A DNA stretch of 38,752 nucleotides from a virus (IMGVR_UViG_3300027820_000059:1-38752); one strand, 5' to 3'. Shown: positions 1 to 10,076, counted from the stretch's first letter. Numbers and translations: made by a program. The notes: generated by a model from the letters alone, not told the origin.

Positions 1-3000
1 GACAATGAACTCGATAATAAGCTTAAAGCTCTAGGGTTAAAGAAGAAGGACATTCCTGAGGGGCGAGACAATAAGATCAAAGAGCTTTACACCAGAGGTG
101 CAGCACAGGCTGACCAGTTCAAGAAGATGCCTAACGTAGAGCGCATCCAGAAACTTGCCAACAATGTTGTTACTGCTGCTACTCAGCCCGGTGTAGGTAT
201 CTCACCATCTGAGCTACTCCTTATGGAGCCTCAGGCGCGTTACCAATACATTGCCAAGAATATCCCCGAAGGCAAGGGCAAGACTCTTAGAAAACACTTG
301 AATAACCTAGAGCATGAACTCAATGAAATGCAGGCTGATAACATCGTGAAGATGAATGCCCAGCTCCTTGACGTTGAGGCTGTCCCTCCTTCACCTAAGC
401 CTACTGATACGAACACCATGGAGCGGCTCACCATTGACTACAAGGACATTGAGACTGTCAATATGGACCCTGCCGTAGCCAATAATACAAAGGCCTTAGA
501 AGCTACTCTGGCTAGAATCTTTCCGGGTAAGGTCTATGAGGGTGCGCGGAAGAACATCATGAATGCCGTGAACACCTTTGCTAAGAGTGCTACGAGCAGA
601 GCCCAGCTTACTTCGCTTGTCTACGGTATGAACAACATTAACAACTTGAGCCCGAAGGAAGGCCATGCCCTCTTCTTCACTATGCGGGACTTGGGTATCT
701 TTACAGAAGCTGATATGGCGGCTATGCGTAAAGGCCTCCCTAGGTACTACGATGCTATGGTTGCTGCTGAAGAGAATGCACCGGATAAAGCACAACTGAG
801 AAAAGACTTTGAATACATTGATGACTCTATCGCTCTCTCTGGTATCTTTGCGGATGGCCTGAATACTGGACAGTTCTTTAACGGTGTTATTAATACAAAT
901 TTACGCAAGGGCCTAACAAGGATGCGTACCCTAGCTGCTTCGCCTGTATCCAAGGTATTGGGTACTTCTTGGAACTCCCCTCAAGTGCGTAACTTCATGC
1001 TTGAAGCGGGACACAACGTATGGCACAATGCCCAGTTAGAAGCACGTCAAAGCTCAGTAACGATACCTGATAACTTGAAAGCTAGTATTGATGCGGTGAA
1101 TAACCCTCGTACCTTTAGCTTGGAGGAAGGTGCCCTTGATTTGAATACTTGGCAGCACCAAGTCAACTACCAGAAGTATTGGAAGTCTATGCAGAAGCTT
1201 TCTAGGCAAGACCCAACATTGGCGAAGCTTGTTGAATTTGCTGAGCACTTCAAGGACATCCAAGAGAACTACTCGCATCACTTGCTCCGAGTATACCAAA
1301 AGCTAGTGCCGCACAACGATGTACCTACCATTGAAAGAACAAAGAGATCGTTGGCACGTCTCAGTCTTATGCGTAGAACTGGTCAAAGACTTGATCGCAG
1401 GACCCCTGATGGCCGCTTGATCTACAAGGCTAAGGACCCAGCTAATCCGACACAGACTAAAGACTACATAGCATCCTTGGAGGAAACACAGTGGCTTGAC
1501 GAAGTGTCTTCTTCCCTTAAAGCTATCCCCATGTTCTTTAAGCACATGATGCTTGACAGCATTGAATCTCGTCAGATTGAGTGGCAAGGGAAAGTCCTTG
1601 GTACTGCAGGTACGACTGTGAAGGATATCCAAGACTATATTAAACTGAAAAAGAACAGCCTCAAAGAGCTTACCGAGTCAGATGACAAGGCAGCCCTTTC
1701 TAGGCAGCTTGACGAACTTGAAGGTGCTACGGAGATTCTCAGATTTGCCGAGGAACTCCTAGACCCTTCGCTTCCCTTCTTTCCTCAACAGAGAAGCAAG
1801 CAGAACTCCATGTTCCGCACCTACAATATTCTTGATGCACAAGGGAAGCCTGTCAAGAACCCAGCTGGTAGTGGGCCTGAGAAGAACTTGAAGATTGTCC
1901 TAGAAGTTGAGAAAGACCCTAAGACACGTACTCCCCTTAGAGAGTCTGAGATTGAAGCCGATAAAAAGGCTAAGAAAGAGCTTGAAGATTACTACATTCC
2001 TCACTTTGGTGAGCTGGGTGTTGCACAGCTGTCTGAAGGGTACTCAACTCGGCGCACACATAAATCTAATATTGATATCAACAATGGTTTCGAAGCCTTT
2101 ATTGGTGACCTCACAGCTATCCTTAGGGAGAACAAGCTCAACAAAGAAGCTGCAAGTGCTCTCGTTGAGAAGATGAGGGCTAACCAGCAGAGAAGAATTG
2201 GGGAAGATGTACTCGGTGGGGCTATCAAGAACTACATGATTAGGTCGTCCAACATTGGTGGGTACAACGAGAACTTCCTAGAGGTTCTTGGAAACTACTT
2301 TAGTATCTCTCCGTACATGCTAGCTACTGTACAGTTCTCTCCCTTGGTTAACAGAGTAAATGATGTCCTTGCCAATGAGACTAGAGACATTCCCAAGGAT
2401 GTAGTCTTGGAACAAATGGATGATAAGCAAAGACAATGGTATAAGCGCCAATGGGAATACATGACTGATGCTGTTAATGACTGGCAGTCCCTAAGAGCCT
2501 TCAACTTTGCCTATGCCCTTGGCTTTAACTACTCAACAGCTGTCCTTAACCTGTTCGCAGTTCCTACCGTAGTTGGTCCCTCTATCATGCTCTTTGGGCA
2601 GAACCCTATCCAATCCAGCGCCATCATGCTCAAAGCCTCTAGGGTTGCTGGTTCAGTTCTTGGTGCCAACGCTAAGGCTGCTAAAGACTCAGGGGCTAAC
2701 ATCAGAGGGCGTACCGTGGAAATGCTCTATAATCCTGAAGTTAATAAGAAGACTCTAATAAAGGCATACAAGGGCAAAACGAATACACTGCAAGAGGGCC
2801 TAGAGTTTGCTCAAAACCACTTGCAACAAACACTGCTCGAAGACACTAACAATGACCGTGTGACTAATCCTGTCGAAGAACAAGCCAAGACTCCCTTTGA
2901 GAAGGGTAAGAAAGCTTGGAGAGGCATCCTACTATACGCTGGTGGCCCAATCCACTTTGCTGAACGCTATACACGCCTGACAGCCTTTATCTCCTATGTT

Positions 3001-4227
3001 GATGCTATGACGAATGCGGATGGTTCTGTTAATACGGCTGCTGTGGAAAGCTACCTTGCCGCCAATAAATCCAATGAACGTATCAAGCAAGCTCTGTCTC
3101 TTAGAAATCTGTCGGATGCCAGTGATCCTCAGACCATGTACCGTATCGCAATTCAGCTAGTCAAGGAGACACATGGGGTCTACGACAAGACAGGCAGAGG
3201 ACCAATCCAAAGAGGTTGGGCTGGGGCCTTCCTTTTCCCATTCATGACCTACCCTATAACAGTCTTGGAGTTTCTTGGTAACATGGCTCTTCACTCTGGT
3301 CCTCAAGGGAAAGCCGCCTTTGCAGCTTCTATGATGATGTTCTTTACCTTTGCAGGTATCGCTGGTTTTCCGGGGTCTGAGTCTTGGAAGGAACTATTTG
3401 AGCTTTGGGCAAGGACTGGCTTTGGTGGAGCCCCAAGGGATATAGACACAGATGAACGTATTCATTACCTGTTAACACAGAAACTTGGCCTGTCTGAGAA
3501 CATCTCTAACATGATGGAATCAGGGGTCCTAGCTCACTCTGTCCTTAACTGGGACATGGGTAGACGCATTGGTATCCCTTACCCTTGGGAGAATGCTTTG
3601 CATGCCATTGCTAACCCCGGAGATAGCTTTGCTATGTCCAAGATCACTGGGGTAGGTGGTAGGATGTTTATGGACCTAGGGTCTGGCAACATGGCAGCAC
3701 TGGCTCCCGTTGCAGCCCAGAATATCCTTAAAGCAACTTCGTGGCCTTCCGAGGGTATTAGTACAAGGAATGATGTCCTCTTTAAGAGTTCTGAGGATGT
3801 CACAATTGGCGAAGCCTTCAACAGATTCATTGGTATTCAGCCAATGTCTGTCACAGCTGCATCTAGGGACTCGCGCAGAATGAGAACTTTGAGTACTATG
3901 TATATGCGACCCCATGTAGACAGAGTACGTAGGCAACATGAAAGAGATGCTTGGGAACTCTATAGGGCTAGACAATCAGGGGACACTGAGAGAGTAAGGG
4001 ATATCGAAGCAAGAATGACAAGAAGACTGTTTGATCTTAGAATGACAGCGTATGAGCGTGGGGAGTATATTCCCGATAGCCAGATTCAGGGTATCCTGCA
4101 ATCCGCTGCTAACTATGTTGATAACAAAGCAAGACCCTATGAATATGGATATAACCAACAAGGTGAGGTTCAGCCAAGTTTCCGCTATAATAGCACCCTG
4201 TATAATACTTGGATGGAAGATCAATAA
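1..4227 (+). CDS. Very large probable internal virion/ejection protein, 5'-truncated
   Basis: Frame is open from base 1 (DNELDNKLKALG...) to TAA 4227, >1,400 aa. Hydrophobic, Gly-rich C-terminal third like podovirus core/ejection proteins. Function inferred from size and position. Confidence 0.55.
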   Translation, partial: DNELDNKLKALGLKKKDIPEGRDNKIKELYTRGAAQADQFKKMPNVERIQKLANNVVTAATQPGVGISPSELLLMEPQARYQYIAKNIPEGKGKTLRKHLNNLEHELNEMQADNIVKMNAQLLDVEAVPPSPKPTDTNTMERLTIDYKDIETVNMDPAVANNTKALEATLARIFPGKVYEGARKNIMNAVNTFAKSATSRAQLTSLVYGMNNINNLSPKEGHALFFTMRDLGIFTEADMAAMRKGLPRYYDAMVAAEENAPDKAQLRKDFEYIDDSIALSGIFADGLNTGQFFNGVINTNLRKGLTRMRTLAASPVSKVLGTSWNSPQVRNFMLEAGHNVWHNAQLEARQSSVTIPDNLKASIDAVNNPRTFSLEEGALDLNTWQHQVNYQKYWKSMQKLSRQDPTLAKLVEFAEHFKDIQENYSHHLLRVYQKLVPHNDVPTIERTKRSLARLSLMRRTGQRLDRRTPDGRLIYKAKDPANPTQTKDYIASLEETQWLDEVSSSLKAIPMFFKHMMLDSIESRQIEWQGKVLGTAGTTVKDIQDYIKLKKNSLKELTESDDKAALSRQLDELEGATEILRFAEELLDPSLPFFPQQRSKQNSMFRTYNILDAQGKPVKNPAGSGPEKNLKIVLEVEKDPKTRTPLRESEIEADKKAKKELEDYYIPHFGELGVAQLSEGYSTRRTHKSNIDINNGFEAFIGDLTAILRENKLNKEAASALVEKMRANQQRRIGEDVLGGAIKNYMIRSSNIGGYNENFLEVLGNYFSISPYMLATVQFSPLVNRVNDVLANETRDIPKDVVLEQMDDKQRQWYKRQWEYMTDAVNDWQSLRAFNFAYALGFNYSTAVLNLFAVPTVVGPSIMLFGQNPIQSSAIMLKASRVAGSVLGANAKAAKDSGANIRGRTVEMLYNPEVNKKTLIKAYKGKTNTLQEGLEFAQNHLQQTLLEDTNNDRVTNPVEEQAKTPFEKGKKAWRGILLYAGGPIHFAERYTRLTAFISYVDAMTNADGSVNTAAVESYLAANKSNERIKQALSLRNLSDASDPQTMYRIAIQLVKETHGVYDKTGRGPIQRGWAGAFLFPFMTYPITVLEFLGNMALHSGPQGKAAFAASMMMFFTFAGIAGFPGSESWKELFELWARTGFGGAPRDIDTDERIHYLLTQKLGLSENISNMMESGVLAHSVLNWDMGRRIGIPYPWENALHAIANPGDSFAMSKITGVGGRMFMDLGSGNMAALAPVAAQNILKATSWPSEGISTRNDVLFKSSEDVTIGEAFNRFIGIQPMSVTAASRDSRRMRTLSTMYMRPHVDRVRRQHERDAWELYRARQSGDTERVRDIEARMTRRLFDLRMTAYERGEYIPDSQIQGILQSAANYVDNKARPYEYGYNQQGEVQPSFRYNSTLYNTWMEDQ

Positions 4228-4472
4228 TGGAAGAAAAGACCCACATCGATATTCTTATGGCTGTTGCGCACCTTCAGACAACTCTTGATGAGCATCGCAA
4301 TGATCTTATCGAAGTTAAGGAAGAGGTTAAAAAGAACGGCAAAGATGTTTACGAACTTAAGACCGAGTTTAAGACTGGGAAGATGACTGCTAAGCTCTTC
4401 GTATGGATAGGCGCTGCAGCATCTGTATTCGTTGGTTTGTACCTTGGGCTACAAAGAATTTTTTCGGGGTAA
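4227..4472 (+). CDS. Small coiled-coil protein with C-terminal TM helix (XhlA/holin-like)
   Basis: TAATG overlap with the upstream stop. MEEKTH... is a coiled coil followed by LFVWIGAAASVFVGLYLGL. Confidence 0.55.
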   Translation: MEEKTHIDILMAVAHLQTTLDEHRNDLIEVKEEVKKNGKDVYELKTEFKTGKMTAKLFVWIGAAASVFVGLYLGLQRIFSG

Positions 4473-4475
4473 TTT

Positions 4476-5372
4476 ATGACTGAAGATGAGATTTTACAGA
4501 TTGTAGAGGACCGCTTTAACGAGGCCCGGCAACAAAATGCAGGGGACTTCAGGGGTCAAGGTCCTAGTGCCGATAGAAATTTTTGGATGGCTGTTAGGTG
4601 GTTAGACGCCAACGCACCAGATACCCTTGAAAATGTTGAAGTTGAGGACCTAAACACTAATCGGAGGCCAAATGATGGTTTCACTATGGCAAGGGCGAGG
4701 TACGATAAAGAGGGTACCAGCGATTGGCCAATATCCCAATTTAGAACTGGTGAACAAGAGGACCCAAATGATCCCCCAACTCGTCCAAACCCTAATTGGT
4801 CAGTAGACTCTAACTACCAAGATAATGCTGAGTATTTCTTTTCTTCTCCTACTGGTATTCAGGAGGTTCAAAGTATTGCGAATACCCTTGGCATCTCTCC
4901 ACAAGATGTCCTTGACTACGCTACACAGCTGTCACTTGACAACTCAACAGAACACGAGGTAGGTGGACACATCTTTAATGGTATTATGGAAATGAAGGGT
5001 CTGCTTGAAAGTGGTCCTGCGAGGAGGTACGTAGATTCTAGTGGATCCTCTAGGATGATTCCATATAATGAGCATGGTCTTATCAGGGAGCAATCCGCCG
5101 ATGACTGGGTAGACATGCAGGACCCGAATGATCCTTACGATATTGTGTACAGAGAAATGGCAGCGTCAGAGAGAAGAGACTCAAACAGGGCGTATTCCCA
5201 GCCGCATAACAGAGATAGGCAAATGAGTCTAACCGCTCAGGAGTACATGTTCCAACAGTACCTAGAAGAGTTTGACTTAGCCGTACCTTCTTGGTCTCCA
5301 GCTAAGCAGACACACGAATCAAGCACCTCAATAGGCTCCAAGACTCTGGGTCCTTACTACAATACCTTTTAA
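4476..5372 (+). CDS. Acidic hypothetical protein, possible zincin-like motif (HEVGGH)
   Basis: 298 aa, starts 3 nt after the previous stop. Last gene of the + arm. Confidence 0.55.
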   Translation: MTEDEILQIVEDRFNEARQQNAGDFRGQGPSADRNFWMAVRWLDANAPDTLENVEVEDLNTNRRPNDGFTMARARYDKEGTSDWPISQFRTGEQEDPNDPPTRPNPNWSVDSNYQDNAEYFFSSPTGIQEVQSIANTLGISPQDVLDYATQLSLDNSTEHEVGGHIFNGIMEMKGLLESGPARRYVDSSGSSRMIPYNEHGLIREQSADDWVDMQDPNDPYDIVYREMAASERRDSNRAYSQPHNRDRQMSLTAQEYMFQQYLEEFDLAVPSWSPAKQTHESSTSIGSKTLGPYYNTF

Positions 5373-5544
5373 GCATACCTGAAATTCCTAAATGTATGTT
5401 GCATCGCAACACAGATCTTGCTAAGGTATCCATAGAAAGGAACCTTAATATGAACTTATTCTTGATAATTGACAGTCTTGTGCTTCTCTTAGCCCTCAGC
5501 ATAGCCCCCATCATGCTTATCACAGCCATTATTACCTAATACCC

Positions 5545-5645
5545 TCTGAGAGGCTCTAGGATACCTCAGGAGAGCCAAGTACCTTTCTCTGGTATGTGAC
5601 CCCTAGGAGGGGTAGAGATGGGCTTCCTGAGGCTTCTGAGAGGCT
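5545..5645. other. Structured element at the convergence of the two arms (nested inverted repeats inside 11-nt direct repeats)
   Basis: TCTGAGAGGCT at 5545 and 5635. CCTCAGGA(G)AGCC 5564-5576 pairs with GGCTTCCTGAGG 5621-5632. Inner hairpin ACCCCT-AGG-AGGGGT 5599-5613. Confidence 0.5.
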
Positions 5646-6339
5646 AATTTTCTCCTAGGATCTTGGATAAATACCTTAGGGCTTCATCAACTCGATCTTG
5701 GTGCCTAGTTGGAAGATCTTCCACTGGAATACCAGCCTGTCCCGCAAAACTCTCGGCTCGGTCCATGTTAATGCCTCGAGCGACTTCGTTAGGTTCGGCA
5801 TTAGTATTCTGAGAAGCGTTATAGAAGGCATCTGCTTCGTATGCGGGGTCATTGAATCTTTGTATAGCTTGCCATAAAAGAGGTTCATACTCCCCCGGTA
5901 AATCAGTTAGCAGACGTAGAAGGGACGGACTCGCAACTTCATCGTCAAAGCCATGCCCCAATTCATGTGTAAGAGTTTCGAAGGGGTTAATGAGTCTAGT
6001 TGAAGTGTAGGATCTACCAGACTCTCCGGCGGGAAGCTCTTCAGAGTACTCGTCAGCCAGCTCACCCAAAGAATTTATGTTGTAGTCGCTGTCTAGATGA
6101 ACTTCGTTGGAGCCCGGAAAGTACTCGCCACGCCTACCTTGCTCTTCAAAGATACCATCTTTCCATGCAATTTTACTAAGATCAAGGGCTTCCAAAGATC
6201 CATCGTTCATACGCGCTAAAGCAGCGGCAGCCATAGGGTAATCTCTCGGATTCTCTTGGATTCTACGGGCCATCTCTGCAATGAGACGCCTTCGTTGGTC
6301 TACTGTTTCTCCGCTGTATGGGCGTCCTTCTTGTGCCAT
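5644..6339 (-). CDS. Zincin-like metallopeptidase-domain protein
   Basis: GEYFPGSNEVHL...ETLTHELGH: HExxH preceded by the typical G-x-Y strand pair. Confidence 0.6.
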   Translation of the reverse strand: MAQEGRPYSGETVDQRRRLIAEMARRIQENPRDYPMAAAALARMNDGSLEALDLSKIAWKDGIFEEQGRRGEYFPGSNEVHLDSDYNINSLGELADEYSEELPAGESGRSYTSTRLINPFETLTHELGHGFDDEVASPSLLRLLTDLPGEYEPLLWQAIQRFNDPAYEADAFYNASQNTNAEPNEVARGINMDRAESFAGQAGIPVEDLPTRHQDRVDEALRYLSKILGEN

Positions 6340-6342
6340 TAG

Positions 6343-6810
6343 TTATGCAGGGGGTGTCCTGTCTCCTCTTAGATCATTGATTATGTTATCATTCTGACGG
6401 TTACTAAAGACATTACGTGCTATAGTTTCACCAGAGCGACCAACGACATAACCACCAAGACCAATAGTAATCAGGGTATAAAAGCTTTGTTCAATAGCAG
6501 GGTCCATGGGGAGGACCAAGGTCTCTACAGGGAGGCCAGCTATGGCCGCTACTAGGGGGCCAAAAAATACTCTCCAGACAATGATGAACAAGAATGTAAT
6601 CATAGAGAGTGGACGCCATGTACGAGTTAGCCAAGATTGGCTTTGTGCCTCCGCCTTTACGATGGAGGCCTGAGCCTGTATAATTGTTGTTTGCTGTTCT
6701 AAGACGGCCATTTGGACGCCTACTTTTAGCCTGTTTCTCTCGTCCCCATCAGGGACAAGTTCTTCGATTACCTTGAATATCCCCGGTAATAGGGCTCCTA
6801 GTAAGTTCAT
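6343..6810 (-). CDS. Holin, 3TM (GTA-type)
   Basis: VPD..E...K, AEAQSQSWLTRTWRP, TM helices and GLGGYVVGRS.E; lies next to the endolysin. Confidence 0.85.
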   Translation of the reverse strand: MNLLGALLPGIFKVIEELVPDGDERNRLKVGVQMAVLEQQTTIIQAQASIVKAEAQSQSWLTRTWRPLSMITFLFIIVWRVFFGPLVAAIAGLPVETLVLPMDPAIEQSFYTLITIGLGGYVVGRSGETIARNVFSNRQNDNIINDLRGDRTPPA

Positions 6811-6905
6811 TAGTTAATTCCTTTCAATATCAAAAGCAGGACAATTGCAATGGTGCCTACACCACCAAAAACCATACCCAAGATAAAACAAGTAGCTAAG
6901 GTCAT
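6810..6905 (-). CDS. 31-aa single-TM peptide in the lysis cassette
   Basis: MTLATCFILGMVFGGVGTIAIVLLLILKGIN. ATGA overlap with the endolysin stop and TAATG overlap with the holin start. Confidence 0.65.
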   Translation of the reverse strand: MTLATCFILGMVFGGVGTIAIVLLLILKGIN

Positions 6906-7462
6906 TGTATCATACCCAGTGAAGTACCAAGGACCTCAATTCGCCTAGTGAGTTTAACCCGGACTCCATCGGGTCTCCGATAACTTGTAGTGGCCTCATG
7001 TAACACTTCAGAGTCATTCTCACGTTTGATAGCGTCGAAGAGCTTCGGCCATCCAAGGTGTCCTTTGGGTGCCAAGCTTCCCACATTAAAGACAAGGTTT
7101 GTGAGGATGGCTCGATACTTCTGTGGGACATAATCCCATGAGAGAGCGCCTTGGGGCTTGTATTGATTCCATTCATTTCTAGCTTGTTCCTCTGCTTCCG
7201 TTACATCTAAAGTGAAAAGAGTAATAACCATATCATCAGGCATACCCCACACGGGATGAGCCATTGCATTAATGAAAATATCTCCATTGTCTACGTCCCT
7301 TTGTTCTAGCTTATGTCCATATCCTAGGGTTGGAAGACCACCTTCTGGACTAGGATGTGGGGACCAAGTATCTGTATCTTTGTCGTACCCAGATTTGATA
7401 CCGTTCTCAACCTTCATAAGTGCTTGCATGAACTTAAAGTTGGTTGTCACCGAATCTTTCAT
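6902..7462 (-). CDS. Endolysin, phage lysozyme (GH24/T4L-like)
   Basis: VENG...PTLGYGHKL and AILTNLVFNVG...WPKL..AI. Start taken at MKDSVTT (7462), just after the upstream gene's stop. Confidence 0.8.
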   Translation of the reverse strand: MKDSVTTNFKFMQALMKVENGIKSGYDKDTDTWSPHPSPEGGLPTLGYGHKLEQRDVDNGDIFINAMAHPVWGMPDDMVITLFTLDVTEAEEQARNEWNQYKPQGALSWDYVPQKYRAILTNLVFNVGSLAPKGHLGWPKLFDAIKRENDSEVLHEATTSYRRPDGVRVKLTRRIEVLGTSLGMIQ

Positions 7463-7463
7463 A

Positions 7464-7766
7464 TTACTTTTTCTTTCGTTTTGCTTTGGACTTGGTCTTG
7501 CGTTTACCCCGGAGTCTTGGTTCTGCTCTGTTGGCAGCCTGACTAGAAACCTTGAGATTAGATTTGGAATTATTGTTCGGGTTGTTATCCTTGTGCGCCA
7601 CATCCTTGCCATCTCCTTTGCTGACCTTGCCAGCCTTTTCCATTCTGCGTCTAGCCGTGTTTCTCTTAGCCCTGCGCTTCTTCTGCTTAGGCTTGCCGTG
7701 GTATTCTGCGTATTCTTTCTTGTAATTACGTCCAGTTGCTTTGGTGGATCCTTTGCGTTCAGCCAT
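7464..7766 (-). CDS. Small basic HNH-like protein
   Basis: RNYKKEY...RNTARR...GDGKDVAHKDNNPNNNSKSNL...NR, a phage HNH-like pattern. Confidence 0.65.
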   Translation of the reverse strand: MAERKGSTKATGRNYKKEYAEYHGKPKQKKRRAKRNTARRRMEKAGKVSKGDGKDVAHKDNNPNNNSKSNLKVSSQAANRAEPRLRGKRKTKSKAKRKKK

Positions 7767-7865
7767 AGAAAAACACCCCTACTGCCCCTACAATAAGGAA
7801 AAATAGACTCATTCCTCCTAGAGTTAATGCCAAAAATTCTATTATCTCGTATGTCACCTTAGGCA

Positions 7866-9227
7866 TTACCAGCCACCTCCTCCGCCACCTTTGGGCATCT
7901 TCTTTGGGTCCCAAGGTTTTAACTCAGGAATATCTATTGGACCTTCAAGATCTCTGGGGCCTGCGTTAACTGGGTCTTCTCTGGTATTCTCTGCAGCGTA
8001 CTCATCTAAAAAGTTTAAAAGCCTCGTAAAAAAGAAATCAGCGTCACTAGGGGACTTGTAAGTGTCATGCCTTGTTTCTGCGGGCTGCACCCATTCCCCT
8101 GTTTCTTCATTAAAGTATGCCTCGGTTACAACGTCATCTGGATTGACACCGCCTTCAAGATGGCCAGCAGGCCTCCTAACCAAGGGGTCAAACTCAGAAG
8201 TATCTTCAATCTGAGCGAGTAAGGGATCAAACAGGTTACTGTCCAAAGGATCTAAAGGTTCTTGACTTCCACGAAAGCCTGACATTACATTCTCAGTGGG
8301 ATCAAAGATATCATCAATCAATTCCCCGGTGCTCTGCACTAATCCGGTTCCTCGGAAAACGTCTCTGTCAGTCTCTGCCCCTAAGAGAGCAGGCAAAGCA
8401 ACCCGAATTGCTTCCCGCAGAGGCTCCGGGGTTTCAGGGTCTCTAAGCATTTGTAGAGCTTCCTGATGCAGAGCACCTCTTCCATCATTAGGCCTATCAA
8501 TGGCGTCCCAGTCCCAAGCTTCGTAACTGTTAGCCAAGTTAGCGGATGGATTATCTGCCATGTACTGTATAACTTCTGGGCTATCTAACCACTGCTCTCC
8601 AGAAGTCACTGGTCCGTAGTGGTTCTGGATATTAATCAACTCATTTGAACCTAGGGGGGAGTCTTCTCCTGTTCGAATGTACCCAGAAGGAATATCATTT
8701 AACCCAAGCCCACCATAGTAATCTTCAGCAGGGAGACTTCCTTCGTCCCATTCGTCTTGTCTTGCTTGGTGCCGGGCAAGCATCTCTGGAGTAGTTATAT
8801 CCCTTCGTCTCCTTGTAGGATCATGGGGACTAATCCCTTCAAAGCCCTCAGGAGCAAAGTGTGTTTCAACACCTTCTCTGTTTGGTCTAAGAGGGGCAGA
8901 GAGCTGGTAGGGGCGACCTGATGGATCTTGGGCATGGCCGTACCTCTCAAGATGACCGCCCTCTGCGTCTGAGCCACCTACGTTTCCCCCAAGAAAATCA
9001 AAGCCAACGATAGAATCAGAGTTAAGATCCTCGTCGTAGGGGTAAGGGTCAAAGTTTTGGTAGGTATCTCTAAGCATTTCAAGGCGGTCTGGAACACCGT
9101 GTTCGGGACGGAGCCACGGACGATCAGAGGGTGCCCCACGAGGATAATCTGGATCGTACCTAGGAGAAGGTTCTTCTAAGGAAGAAAAAAGGGCTTCTAT
9201 AGCTTCTGCAAGTTCTTCGTCTGTCAT
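7866..9227 (-). CDS. Acidic, Pro-rich hypothetical protein (453 aa)
   Basis: Long ORF with its own promoter; ends in GGGGGGW. Confidence 0.7.
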   Translation of the reverse strand: MTDEELAEAIEALFSSLEEPSPRYDPDYPRGAPSDRPWLRPEHGVPDRLEMLRDTYQNFDPYPYDEDLNSDSIVGFDFLGGNVGGSDAEGGHLERYGHAQDPSGRPYQLSAPLRPNREGVETHFAPEGFEGISPHDPTRRRRDITTPEMLARHQARQDEWDEGSLPAEDYYGGLGLNDIPSGYIRTGEDSPLGSNELINIQNHYGPVTSGEQWLDSPEVIQYMADNPSANLANSYEAWDWDAIDRPNDGRGALHQEALQMLRDPETPEPLREAIRVALPALLGAETDRDVFRGTGLVQSTGELIDDIFDPTENVMSGFRGSQEPLDPLDSNLFDPLLAQIEDTSEFDPLVRRPAGHLEGGVNPDDVVTEAYFNEETGEWVQPAETRHDTYKSPSDADFFFTRLLNFLDEYAAENTREDPVNAGPRDLEGPIDIPELKPWDPKKMPKGGGGGGW

Positions 9228-9233
9228 TTCTAT

Positions 9234-9262
9234 AGTATAACACCAAGGAAAACCTAAGACAA
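9234..9262 (-). promoter_or_regulatory. Sigma70-type promoter, probably leaderless transcript
   Basis: TTGTCT-17 nt-(TG)nTATACT; the ATG lies 6 nt after the -10 box. Confidence 0.6.
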
Positions 9263-9263
9263 C

Positions 9264-10076
9264 TTAGCCGTAGCGTCTCTTGACTTCGTTTATATTGACA
9301 AATTCTGGGTCAAAATAGCCATCTTTCATGCCATGTAACCACATGAGGCCAGACCACCATTTCTTCTGAGGACCAGCATAGGCTGCAAACCTAGCAGTCA
9401 TGAAGTCAGGGTCCAAGTAACAGCCAGCAAAGGCACCACAGACATGTGACCCATCTGGACGTACAGACTCCTCGAAGCCCCTTAGATGATTATGCCCCTG
9501 AACTGAGGACTTCTTGGTGATGTTAATCATAGCGGGTACTGAGGCTGGACCCATGCCATTCGCCATCGTTTTATAGAAATAGTGGCAGAAAGATGTGCCT
9601 TGGTACTCGTAGGGCTGCAGGAAAGGCACGTTAATATAGCTTGAGTCCCCCATCCATTCAAAGTTCTCCATACCATAGGTACCAATAAACTCTGGGGAGG
9701 CTTCGAGCATACGCTTGATCCTTGCCTCACAATGATTACCCCCTAGACGGACACGATCAGGGTTATACTGTTTCTTCTTTGCAAAGGCCCTACCTTCATT
9801 GTACCTGTCAATGGCCCCAAAGGATTTCCTGTTAGCATCATTGGCGGCATCGAAGTCAGCTTTGATACTACGCCCTTCGAAGGACTTCTTGCCCTTGTCG
9901 TAGGAGCATAGGGCTTCCATATCAGGGAAATCCCCAATATCAATGATACAATCAGGTTGTGTTTCTAGGATGGCGTTGCCAAGCCAATCAAAGCGGTCAT
10001 TGCTTACGTCAGGGTTAGCGTGTGCATCCCCGATAACCAATGCAGTTTTGTAATCGGCGCTCTTAGTTACAAGCAT
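9264..10076 (-). CDS. Calcineurin-like metallophosphoesterase
   Basis: Motifs GDAH, IGDFPD, GNH, H and GHNH in canonical order. Confidence 0.85.
   Translation of the reverse strand: MLVTKSADYKTALVIGDAHANPDVSNDRFDWLGNAILETQPDCIIDIGDFPDMEALCSYDKGKKSFEGRSIKADFDAANDANRKSFGAIDRYNEGRAFAKKKQYNPDRVRLGGNHCEARIKRMLEASPEFIGTYGMENFEWMGDSSYINVPFLQPYEYQGTSFCHYFYKTMANGMGPASVPAMINITKKSSVQGHNHLRGFEESVRPDGSHVCGAFAGCYLDPDFMTARFAAYAGPQKKWWSGLMWLHGMKDGYFDPEFVNINEVKRRYG

Noticed and set aside
1-4227. N4-like virion RNA polymerase
   Set aside because: No RNAP motifs recognised, and the fused T7-type primase-helicase is not the N4 arrangement.
5302-5529. 75-aa - strand ORF at the convergence
   Set aside because: It overlaps the 3' end of the + strand gene, has only a weak RBS and no motif, so it is left uncalled.
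7463-7612. N-terminal extension of the endolysin, and similar extensions on RNR (to 19564) and the GT (to 12593)
   Set aside because: They overlap upstream genes; downstream ATGs fit gene packing or RBS position better.
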